A DNA stretch of 64,000 bases from Antedon mediterranea (taxonomy: Eukaryota > Animalia > Echinodermata), in NCBI RefSeq assembly GCF_964355755.1, contig NC_092680.1, positions 19,973,045 to 20,037,044 on the forward strand. Reading direction: 5' to 3'. The translations under genes were made by a program, and so were the position numbers. Positions within the stretch are counted from its first letter, which is position 1, and the number at the start of each line of letters is the position of its first letter. This document shows positions 22,161-35,300 of this stretch, in pieces. The notes beneath the pieces were generated by a model. The model saw only the letters and a program-made list of their open reading frames with translations, was not told the DNA's origin and did no database searches.

Positions 22161-23395
22161 AAATGTTAGCAGTTAGTAGAAAGCAAAGCAGCGTGACAAC
22201 TGTAGATATTCAACAAAGTGAAATTTTATTGCTATTATTTATCGACAATTTAAAAAAGAACGAGATGACATTGATATTTCAAATGTATTTTATTAATAAC
22301 ATTAGAACGAAATCTTTACAATATTTTTCTTTCAACAAATAAATAAAATGCCTCCTTAATGCATTTGTTTGTATTAAACATATCAATTTGTTATTTTAAG
22401 TTATTCTTTTATTGTGTTTAATGTTAATCTTAGAGTTTCCTTATAAAATGTGTTTCTAACAAAGTGTAAAATGATTCTAAATTTAGATAATCATTTTATT
22501 ATTGAACTCGTCGTATGGTTTAGGACAACCTTTATCTCCCTGACTTAATCCAGGATTTAAAGTGCTTACCTACTACCAGTGAACTTTGGTAAAATCTTAT
22601 TGTTTGGTGGGCGAATTCTAAATAATGCCCCATAGAGATTTTAAATCCGAGTAATTATTTTACTAAGGCGTGGTGGAATGTGTTTCGGTTCACTTATTTT
22701 CTACTCCATTCATTTTAATTTTTAATAGGCCTATTGATATGAAATACAACTAAATCTTGAACTGTATTATATAGTTATATAGTCGGTATTTTTGATAATT
22801 CATTTTAATTAATTTAATTTTCATTTGATAGTCACTATTGATTGTACTGTATAATATAGGTATAGATAATTAAATTAACCTTGATTTCACTGTTTGTTGC
22901 ATTTTTAGACAATCGATGTGTAAAAGACAGTCATTACAGATTACTAACCGTTTCTTACTCATTTGGTTTTCATTTTTCGTCATATAATTTTCTATTTCTA
23001 AATTCCTATATATTTTCTTTCAAACGACAGTTTTAAGACACACACATGAGTGTTTAAGTTTTGCAACCCGCTCGCAATTTTCTTTCTGTAGGTAATTGAT
23101 GCAGAAATAATGAATAGCAACCCACTCGTCCCGAACAGCACGCACCTGAGATTAGTTGTTATGAAAAAAAATAACAAAAAGTTCGATTAGTTATGCACCA
23201 CTCCTTGGTTTACAATTGTGTTAAATTCCATCAAGCTAATTTTTACGATAAATAACGTATCAGACAATATAAGTCAGTTTGCCACCGGGCTTGCCAAGAA
23301 CACTAACAATGAAGCGCTTACTTTATAAGCACATTAAATTTAAATAAATTATGTAGATTGACATCTGGTTTTTACCGACACATTGGAAACAAATA

Positions 23396-26300
23396 ATGGA
23401 GCGTTTTGATAGTAGTGAGTAAGTATGCATGATTTTTTTTCATTTCAATATAAACGATAACAAAATTAATACAGTTAATATTTACTATAAAAAAAAAACC
23501 AACTTAAATAATACTGGTGAATCAATTTTAAATTCCTTATGTTGAATGTTATTGGTGAACTTTATTATTTTATCTTCCTTTATTTTCGTTGTGGAAGAAT
23601 ATGACATAATGATAACACGGCCAAAAATACTTGTAATGAATTATACAATGAGCCCACAGAACCAAGTTATTAACAAATTGTGTAATTTATTTAACAGTAA
23701 CTTGTTGTATCAAGCTATCACGGCAAGAGATTGGACGGAAGTGGAACGCCTGTGTGCTTCCGAACCACAACTTGTAAATACTATTTTAGACAAGGTATGT
23801 ATTAAGCTCTATCTAAACTATCAAACTAGTTGTGTGATGTGCCCAAATATGGTAGTGATATGCCCAAATACGGTAGTGATATGACATCATCATGTCCATA
23901 TATGGGCACATCACATTTGTTTGTCACAGAGCTTAAGTTAATGATTAGTCTAATTAAAATTGTTGACAAAAATATAAAAGTGATTTTAAAGTAACCAGTC
24001 TGCAATTGTTAATAATATGTATGGTAGTTAGTTAGCTTTCATATAAATGTTTATATTTTGAAATTTTTATATGTAAAAAATGAGTAACACTGAATCAAAT
24101 TGCAAACTAAATCGCTATTTATTTGAAAAAATCATATTATGCATAAACATTCATAGAATTATAAAACAACTTAATAAAAAGAGCCGTAAAGATACATTAT
24201 TAGGCCTTAAGAAGTGAGATATTGACAATTACAATTTAGATTTATAACAGTATTGAATAAAACATGTAAAATAAGAAAATAAAGATACGTTTAAAATTAA
24301 AAGACAAATGGCTGTCCATAGAACGCAAAAGCTTGTTATGTGAGAATATCAATGAGACGAAATATACCGTATAGCAGTGATGCGATACGGTAATTGTTTG
24401 ATAGTCTTCAAAATGTTAATGATACCAGTGGATATATCATACAACAATTGGAGATTATGATTATTGTGTAGTGTCTGTGTTCTTGATTTAGGAAAATGAG
24501 ACATTATTAATACGAGCTGTGTGGTTGTATCATGTGCCAGAAGAGACAGTAATCCAGCTCATAGCTCAAGCATCAAGTGCTTGTCTTCAATACCAAAAGC
24601 CATTTGTGAGTACCGTGTGAATTCGTGTGTAAAGTTATTATTTGAAGTTATGTACATTATGTTGAAATTATATACTAATTTTGATACCTTATTCTTTATT
24701 ACCAAAAACATTAAAACAATAACAAACTACTACAAAGTAAGTGGCAGGAACACAAAACTCAATCCCTATGACAAGAGCCAGTGTTACCAGCTTACCAAGT
24801 AGCACATAAAGATAAAATATAGCATTTCAATAAAAATATATCAACAAATATGTTGTTCCCCAGAGTTTGTCCACTGTTGTTCATTACTTATCTGGAAAGG
24901 GATATTCTACCGCATTGAAACGCATCTTGGAAAGAGAAAACCAACTGGTGAATACTTTGGGACAGGTTAGTAGATTACAAATGATTCATTCGTCATCTTG
25001 ACGAATTATTTATTTGAGAATGTACTCTTTGTGATCGTAATCTTAAAAAGTAATCGTAAAAAGAAAGATAATTGATACACACAAATCTTAAATTATCCGG
25101 GAAAACACGCAACACGCAGAACGTAATGTATAAGCATTTTATTCCTACAGATACAGATTTCTTTTGTTATCCAATATAATAAAAATTACAATTCTCATAT
25201 ACGGTATTGGCTTGCCTTAGATGAACTATCTTACAAATCTATGGTTTTGATGATTATTTTTCCAAAACCATAGTGTAACATTTTTCTTACAATATGGACC
25301 TATGTCTATGTAAAGTGGTTTAATTTATGAATCAATAATTTATACGTTATAATATTAAATCGAAAATTTAATTTCAAAATCAGGAATTATATAGCAATTA
25401 GGAAATATGATTATTTATTATGCTTAAACTGGTTATGTAAGCAAATGCATTTTTCAATTTGTATAATGTTCTACTTTCAGTATTTTGGGAAGACACCGTT
25501 GCATGTATGCCTCGAGTCTTCATCATTAACTTACAAGCAACATCACGAGACTGCCATCTGCCTGATGACGTATGGAGCATCTTGTTCAATTAAAAATGAG
25601 GTAAAAATTGTCATGGAAATATATTTTTTTTGCGCAGATTATTTATCTGAAAAAAAAAAATTAAAACAAGACAAAATGTGGGTTCAACAGCACTTAATTT
25701 ACTTTGTAGTTTTTAACATGTATTTAATGTTCTATTACCTGGCTAACTGATTTATGCCGAGATAATTCATAAAGACAGGTTTATCATAATGGATAAGTAC
25801 AACATATTCTTAGTTTCGTAATTGGTGAGAGTATTAGACACTATACGTGGATTCTACTGATGTGCCTACAACTAAACAATAACTAATGTTAATTAGGTTA
25901 ATAGGGGGTTAATATGCATTATTAATTGTGTACTGTATATTGAATGTATGTAAAAGAGGGTTTTAATTTACCACTTAACGCAATTAAAATTCTGCAAACA
26001 TTGAATTAATCTATTGAATTGTGTAGGACGAGAAAACACCAATTGATCTGTACAATGCCAACAAGTGTACGAGTTATGATAGGAAAACTAGAAAGATGAA
26101 GAAACGAGAGCTCATACAACTGATAGAAGGCAAGTAAAGTTTGCTTTACTACTTCCGATTTCTACTTTATTATTTTCTTATTAAAAAATAAACCGGGTGT
26201 GTATATAAATAGTATACAATACACCATAACTCTATTGTATTTGACGAGTGCTAATTTATATATTTTTCAAACTTTGAATGGCAAGTTTTAAGACTTTTAT

Positions 26301-29300
26301 AAAGGTATGTGGATAAAATATCAGATGTTTTGTTCAAACCCGATTAAACAAGAGATCTTCGTTGGTTCAAAAGCTTGTAGCCTAATTGTAAGTGTTCGGT
26401 GAATCATGAAAAACCACAGTAATTTGGTTGATTTGTGTTAATTCAAAAGCCATTCAAAAACTATCCAAAATTCTTTGAAATTGCTAAACAAATAAGAAAG
26501 GGTTTAATTTAGTTCATGAACAAAATATAAACCTGCAACTAAATCACTGAATCATGAAAATCTCAGAATAAATTGTGATGATTTAAATCTATTTTTTAAC
26601 GATTATCATTTCAATTTAAAATTTATTTTACAAAAAATATAATATAACTCAATACAATGGTAACTTTTTTACATGGTTAAATATAATTTGTTATTGTGCT
26701 GAAAACCAAATAAACTTTTTTTAAGAACAACAACGTTTTTCATTTAAAATAGATTAAAACAAATATAGAACTGTTTTATTTTATTTTTTTTAAATATTTA
26801 TTTTAAACGAAGTCATAGAGTTATTTTCGGGCTAACAACAACTATTTGTATTATTCCAATCTTCTCAATTATCTAATTCTCTTATTATCTATTCTGATCA
26901 TTCATCAACAAATTATCGTAATATGTAAACATTTTCCAAAATAATTCTTAATTTATTTATTTAACCTCGAATATTGTTGTATAGATCCTACGTGTACTTT
27001 AAAAAAAAGTGTGCTGCAACCATGTCCAGCATTGTTGCAACCATGTCCAGCATTGTTGCAACCATGTCCAGCATTGTTGCAACCATGTCCAGCATTGTTG
27101 CAACCATGTCCAGCATTGTTGCAACCATGTCCAGCATTGCTGCAACCATGTCCAGCATTGTTGCAACCATGTCCAGCATTGTTGCAACCATGTCCAGCAT
27201 TGTTGCAACCATGTCCAGCATTGTTGCAACCATGTCCAGCATTGTTGCAACCATGTCCAGCATTGTTGCAACCATGTCCAGCATTGTTGCAACCATGTCC
27301 AGCATTGTTACAACCATGTCCAGCATTGTTGCAACCATGTCCAGCATTGTCTAACAACCATATTATATCCATATTTTGTGTCCTAGAATTTTCAATTCCG
27401 GCGGAAATTTTAGCTAGAGGTGACGAAGCTGTTAAAGTTTACAGGGAAGCTCTACAAAATGCTACAGTTACAATAGTAAATCCAAGAAGTATGTTCCTTG
27501 GGAAAGAAGGAGCTGGCAAAACAAGTTGCATAAAGGCTATTCTTGGAAAAGCGTATGTTCATGTTAAGATTGGTATATTCTGTCAATAAATGAGTGTAAA
27601 AGTATGCAAATTAACTCATACCGTGTTATACAGGGGTCCCATAATTGATATTAAGCAGTGTATTCATTCCATCAGTCATGTCATGTTGCTGCAGTAGCAG
27701 GACCGCATGTTATTAATGTATCAATATTTCATTCAATAGTGTAGATCAAAGATACTATAGCGCCACGAAGTGGCGCAAGATAGGGAACTCCTATCTCTTA
27801 TACACTGCGCATGAGTGAAATTCCATGGGCAGCCATTCCGGCAAGCAAGTTACGCGATCACATACCCCGGAAGTGTATAATAAACCATTGAACCACATCC
27901 ACGTGTGACGTGTTATTGTTTGTTCGGGAAGTTTTCTCGTGTTGTATTGGGTAAATTGTAGTGGTAAGTTTTTAGAATATATATTTTTTTGTTAGTAAAC
28001 ATTAACAAAATTATTAAATTGTTGTTTAAATTTAGTTCAGGCAGGCGTTTCTGCGCAATCCGATCTAGGGCCTAGTACTAGTAGTAGTAGGCTTGGCATA
28101 TTTAATGCCGAATACTAGGCCTAGTTTAGTTAGTATGATTAATAAAAAAAAGTCTGGGAGGATGAATGATATTGATTGGCGTCTTGATGATAGATGGATC
28201 AAACAAGGCTTGGATGGATGGAAGATTAAGAAAAAAACTGAAGCTGTTCGGGAATTAGGAATTTTTAATAAAAATGTACAAGACAATATAGCGTTTTATT
28301 AATAATAACATTAACAGAAATAATTAAATGTAATGAAATCAAAAATCGTGAGGATGTTGTTATTGTTGTTAATTTGTCGTTGTCTTGCTTTACATGTTTG
28401 TTTGTCTTGTTTTGTTTCTGTTTGTTTAAACTCCAATATGATTACAATTTCTTAACTGGCTACCCGTCACAAGTTTTTTTGGAGGGAAACCTCCAAATGT
28501 TATTACTTTCTGGGTGTTGCCTCTTAATTATTTATATTTAAATTGTTATTTTGTTTACTTTGAAATGATAAGAAATAAATGTTATTATGAATGAATGAAT
28601 TGTTTGTTTTTTTTATTTAATAAATTTAAATTATAAATTTGATCCTCATATTTATTTTGTTCTTCATCTTTATTTGAAAAATATTTAGTTAATTAATGTA
28701 AACATTTTTGAATACTTACAATTATTAATAAATAGTATATTGACTTTTGTTTTGAATTTAAAAATGTATAGTATTTTAAAATACTATAATAAGTAATCAA
28801 ATGATTATGTAACAGTTCGAAAAGTGACCTAATAATTTAATGATATATTTTTCCCTATTTCAGAAAGATATAAGTCTGTCATCATACTGTAAAATTGAGA
28901 AGATAGATGATTGAGTGCAAAGTGGTATTTTACACAAGAATTAAATACAAAGGCCAGAACTGATGGACAATTATATTTCAATAGTAATAATAGTTTATAT
29001 TTTTGATTCTTGAAAAGGAGCAGTATCCTATGGGATTACAAATAAAATCACTATTTTCACACACCTCATACTTTTAAGTGAAAGGAAATAACCAGAATTC
29101 AGTTATTATCAGTACTGTTGTTTAGGCCTATTGGCTTCTTTTGTAATACAAGAAATCAAAATAATAGAATTTTCCTTGTATTTAAGAAGGCTAAAACCAT
29201 ACATTCGTAATTTATTTATTGAGTGTATTTAATTATTCCATCATTATTTATTAATATTGTATAAAGTGAGATTTTTCAGTATTTTTATTGCATTTTAATC

Positions 29301-32300
29301 CTGTCTGTAATATTGAAAGTTGAGCTAATAAAAGTGGGTTGAAAAGAACAAATTATGATTATGAATTTTTAAAATTAATATTTAATACTTTTACTTTTTT
29401 GAAATTAAAAAAATGTAACAATTGTTTTTGTATCTAGTAATGTTTGTACAGTATACTACAGTTGTGGCAGATCGTAGTAAAATTCCCCTTGCAATGAAAT
29501 AACTTTGTAGGCCTGAAGCACACAAAATAGAAAGAGAGGGTCCGAACAGGGAAAAGAACATCCCCCTGCCCATTAATTTTTTTTTTTTTTAAATTAAAAA
29601 GACAGTTTTGGACAATATATTTGGCAATTATTACAATTCATCTCCAAAAAAATGCTTCTCTCGCACATAAACTAAGCCATCATCCCAGCCTAGGCCAAAC
29701 GCGGCCGACCTTGGGCGTGAAGTGCGTAGCATCGCGCTGCGCCCCGCGACACTATTTATAACTATGCCTCAACCGACTGCCTACAAAATTCGTCCTCCAT
29801 ACAGTCAGTGTTTATTCTGTAGCCGTTTGAGGTTGGACAGTGATATACGCATATGTAAGTGTAATATCAAATGGAGTAAATTTATATAATCGAATTTTAT
29901 ATAGATGTTCTTTCATTTTGACGCGAAAGATAAAATAAAGTCGTACTGTTTATCGCGTAGATGTAAATCCTATTTGTTTTCATTGATTTGGTGGCGTGCC
30001 GCATTGCCTACTGGGTAATCCGCTTGCCGGAATGGCTGCCCATGGAATTATCATTTTTCGAGCGTCAGTTCCATATCTTGCGCCACTACGTGGCGCTATA
30101 CGATCTTTGGTGTAGATCAACAAAAACTTCTGAAATTCACACCTGTTCTGACGCGATTCCGGTCCGGCGCCGGCAAATCCAATCGAACGTCAATGTTTCG
30201 TTTTTACGCGGTTACGCGCATATCGATTGGCGCATAGCCGCGTAGAGCGTCGTGAAAACGAAACATTGGCGTTCGATTCGCTGGACCGGAACCGGGCCGG
30301 AACAGGTGTGAAAGACCATAGACATGTAATTAACCCGGATTACTATAATAACTACATTTTATCTTAAACAGTTATATAATTTGAATGATGTAGTTAATAA
30401 TAACACATTATGACTTTTCTGTAACGTTTTATTTATTATCAGGTTCGATCCGAAAGAACAGTCTTCCGATGGAATAACTGTTGCAAACACACTCTTTGAA
30501 GCGTCTGGGGACGATTACCAAAAGTGGCAGGAACACACTATTGACGGTATTTGAGTTCTATAAAAATGTAAAATAAATAAAATATTTTTTAAAACTGTAA
30601 ACAGGTAATGAAAAAGGTTTCTACAATACGTGTAAACATTCATGTCCTAAAAAATATTGTAAGATTATATAATTGTTAATTACTCTTATTTGTATTTATA
30701 GAAATTGAATTATCTAATAAGATACGAGAAGAAGCAGTAACAGACTATGTGGCAAAAACGCTATTACAGAGACAAAACAGCACTAAATCAACTTCGTCGA
30801 CTGAATCTGATCTAGACAAATCTGAAATGATGGTATTTAAGAACTTGTTTTTACTTCAATTCACTATTATATGGAATATTATTCGAAGTATTAACATAAT
30901 TATTGTCTTTCTGTTGATTATATAACAGGATACTTTAGATGAAGATACAGAGGAATTGAATCTAGAGGGAAAAGGTATTATTAAAGGATATCTTGACCGA
31001 GAACCATATTGTAACAACGTATTAGGGATGTACATATGGTTTCAGAACAATCGCAAGATTTACGATACCGACTCGCGCGCGTTCACCGTACAGCTTTCGC
31101 CGTAAATTGCTGTGACGTCACAAGTGCGTGGCAAAATCTACCTCATGAGTTTTCACCGAAATTCATAAACTTGTATAATTTACTCCCCATCGTCTTTGTA
31201 TACAAGTGTTAGGCCGATGGATTACTATAAACATCATCGTCTTTATTCATCAAAATTCACCGCTATCATCGTATTAAAACAGTTTTTAGTTCGATATGGT
31301 TGAATGATTCCAGAGCATCATACGTAATTCATTCGTTTCTAGCTACCCTTTCGGGTCAATAGACAAGTCTTGCAAATCGCAAACATTTCTAGTATTAAAC
31401 ACTCTAAAATAAATCGTAACAATTTAAATGTTGATTATTTGTTATTGTTTCTTTGCTTATCTGGATATTAAAGTGAAAAACACCAGACTAAACACTTTGG
31501 CAAATTTAAGCCTAATACAGGTCAAATTAGCAATTGAAATGACGGTACCTATCCCTTGTATGTTAACAACAGTGAAAACTCATGAGGTACGGTAGATTTT
31601 GTCATGTACTTGTCACAGCAATTTACAGCGACGGTTGTACGGCGAGCGCGTGCGGCGATATTGTAAATCTTACGATTGTTCTGAAATCATAATGTACATC
31701 CTTAAAACGTTGTTGAAACATGGTTCTCGGTCAAGTTGTCCTTTAACTATCTCTGTATTATAATAAGCCTACATGTACCATTCGGTATAATATTATTGTT
31801 TCTTCTTTCCATGTTGAATTGGTATTCCTATTTTGTTACGGATATGCCTAAAAATAAATACAGTTTTGTATTTACCTTAGATAAAAGAGGAAGTAACGTG
31901 AGTACTCTGGAGAAGAAATTTCCTGAAGAATTCCACAAATTGCTAGTTGATAAAATTAGTGATGAACTCGATGATACTACGACACACACCGGTGGGACAC
32001 AGCCAGTAGGCATGCTTGGCAAACTAAAGCAATGGACATCTGGAGACAAGCAACCATTGAGCCGAAAAATTTCCATGAAACCACAAAATATCAGTAGCAT
32101 TTGGGATTATGCAGGCCAGCTGACATATTACATAACACATCGAGTGAGTATAACATAGTAAATCGCAAAACGTCAACCTTTTGTTTATTTGATGTTATAG
32201 GCTTAAGATCCAGAGTTACCTGTATATCTTAAAAGGGGGGGGGGGGGGGGGGGGTAGGGGGGGGGGGATAGGGGGTGGGGTGTTGTTGAATAAAGAAATA

Positions 32301-35300
32301 GAACAGTTTACGTATTGCACTTGACAGCAACTAAACTGTTTTACTAAATGTTAATAATTTCTGATAAAACTGATTGAGCCGTGTACATTTTGCCAAATTC
32401 GCTTCGGTTCAAACGGCTTTTGTTTCGTTTAGTTGTTCCTGACAGGAGGCGTTACGTACATTGTTGCGTTTAGTGCAGTAGACGGATTACATGAGATGGT
32501 AAAAAAAAGAGATGTGAATCAAAGTACTGACGTAAAATCCCCGAAAACTTGTGTAAGTTCCAAAACTTCATTAACTACTTGTTATATCTAATAATTCATT
32601 CATAAATTATATGAAGATGTTTATAAGTGAGTCTTTCCAAAAGAGCCACATTATTACTTGTGTATATATAGTTATAGTATAATTGTTTTCAGGGCGTTTT
32701 GGGAATGACAAATTTGGGAATGATTGTTTTCTGGATAAGGTCCATTTACGAACATGGCGTACTACAATATGGTAGGCCTAAGCCTAGCAATAGAGAAGAG
32801 AAAACAAAAGACGGCGTAGTTTTACCGCCAATCTTGTTAGTCGCGACTCACAAAGACCTACTAAATGGAAGTGAATCTGAAAAAAATGCCAAGGTAAGTG
32901 ACATGATTCATTAATGAGGAAATAATGTTGATTAATCGACTGTAAATATTGGGTTTATTAGGTAATTAACTATATAAATATTATAATTAAATCTTGTAAC
33001 ATCTGGAATACATCTTAAATGGTCTTTCAAACCTGTTCCGGCACGGTTCCAGTACGGCGCCCGCATATCAAATCAAACGTCATCGTTTCGTTTTCACGCT
33101 GCTACGCCGTGCCGGAAAATACCATTAACGTAAGTAGTTAATGAACTTTTTATATTACAGATTGATGCTATGAAACAAGAAATACTTGATGCTATCAAAG
33201 ACACGCCATACGAAAAACACGTAGATCATGAGATACACATTGTTGATAACAAATCTGGTAGAGGAGTTGAGAAACTCAAAAGAAAGATTGGAATTTTTAC
33301 GAATGCTATGAAGAGAAAAATTCCAATCAAATGGGTCGATTTCCAAACCAAGATACAAGAACTTGGTAAAACAAGAATACTGATATCTTTGAAAGAGGTA
33401 AATTGGTTGTTAATCTAAAATATATTACAACTTTTTTTCAAACAATAACACTGTAGTATGGTGATGATCATCATTATTTTTATTCTGTCGGTAATATACA
33501 GTAACAATCTAACAATCTGACAGGTAGGTAACATCTAGCTATTAGAGAGAACCTGGGAGAGGATATCAAGTGCAGTTCTTTCTGAGTTGAAGAATGTTTT
33601 CTATCATTGTTCTTTTTAGATAACACTCATAGCGAATGGATGTGACATTGTTGATAGAGAAGAACTGGCTTTAGTTCTGAACTACCTTACTGACACAGGG
33701 ATTATTCTCTACTCAAGGAAGAAAGAGAAATTAAAGGATGTAGTGGTAACAAACGTAAAAATGATGATTGCAGTGGTTTCAGATATCTTCACTGATAAAC
33801 TACCAGACAACATTGAGAGAGTAAGCTACCATGTAGTGAAAAAATGTAATTTAAAATTATATGAAAATAATTCGAATAACATAAAGAGCTATTTTAAATT
33901 TTTCTTGGTTACTTCTTAAGTTCAGAAATTACATCTTTAGTTTAACGTCTGTAAAAAACAGATGTCAATTTATTGTCTGGTGTGACGTCATCATGACCAT
34001 TCAACGCTAACTAGAAATCCACCACAATGTAGCAGATTTGAACATAAAACTAGACAAGACACTAAGATAACTATTTTACTAATAATTTTTTAGTGGTCAA
34101 CATTAAATGAATTATGGAATACATTTAGTGTTGAGGGAATCCTGGATGAGGCGTTACTACGACATTTATGGCGGAAATTGATAGAGGAAGATGAAAGCTA
34201 CTTCGATATCTTCTTAGATGTATTGAAGATCTTCGACCTTGTATTTGAAACGCAACCAGTAACGGTGAGATGCTATTGGTATATTTATATTAGTGAAAAG
34301 GTTAATCTGGATCTCTTTATTGTATTAGTATCATCTTCTTTTGGATAAGCCAATATAATAAGGATTTATGTAACTTCAACGTCAACGTTTTCATGAAACT
34401 TCGTAGTTGGTGTATGTATACTTCTAGTAGGCCCTATATCAAAATTAAATTTCAATTACATAAAATAGGCACACTTTTAATTCTCAAAAAACTATAACGA
34501 CAAAATTTTGTTTTACAGAACCATCAAAAAGAAAATCGAGTGTTCCTGGTACCTTCCCAAATACAAATTAAAGGAGATGTATTGGAAACAAGGAAAGATC
34601 CGAGTAACATGGTGTCGATCTATTTGACTGCCCCCAATCCTACGGACTTCCTTCCGGACGCCGTCTACCACATGTTGATTGTTGAATTCTTACACCTCTC
34701 GAAGATTAAAGAAAGGAAAAGTGATGATATTCAATTATTCCAAAATCGTAGTGATTTTGGATTTGATAATCACGTTGTCAGCTTTGGTGCCGTTGAACAT
34801 GAAGATCGTAACGGAGAGAGAGAAACACAGGTGAACGCATTGAAGGTAGGCAATCATGTTTTACCTAATCGTTATATTTTGAGCTAGGTATATGCCTACA
34901 TTTTGTTATCCTTACAAAGACAAAATATATACGCATACTAGTTTCACTAAAATATACTATTCAACAACAACAAGAACAATTATTTACTTCCTTCAATCAG
35001 TAAACTATACCCATTTATTATAAGAATGTATGTCTCCCCTAGCCCCCACGCTCCCAACCCTACCAACCTATTCCAAACATCCCTGATCATCGATAACAAT
35101 AATTATGTAATAACAGAATATTGGTCGTGTCTTTTATAGTCAATGACCTCTCAATCGCATTATTTTATTATGTTTTTCAACAGTTTCAAATAGCACGCAG
35201 AGTTGAAATTGACAACGATGACATAGGTACGGTCAGGATGGTCGATAGCCCACGATCGGCTTTTTGCAAAGAGGTGAGATACATAACATTTTGATGTACA

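Noticed and set aside
22682-22695. IRF/ISRE-like site (gtttcggttcactt) upstream of Roco A
   Set aside because: A single imperfect short motif in AT-rich DNA with no counterpart seen for B; not distinguishable from chance.
24492-24965. Non-homologous ankyrin exon swap between Roco paralogs
   Set aside because: Both exons have clear counterparts in B (47644-47757 and 48056-48154), so exon content is collinear.
26953-27386. Six overlapping ORFs (NNAGHGC, ATMSSIV, CCNHVQH etc.) or a CRISPR-like array
   Set aside because: Artefact of a stop-free 21-bp tandem repeat. There are no unique spacers or cas genes, and it lies in a eukaryotic intron.
32234-32281. Poly-G tract as a functional G-quadruplex (also 2601-2615)
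   Set aside because: Simple homopolymer run, absent from paralog B and prone to sequencing error.
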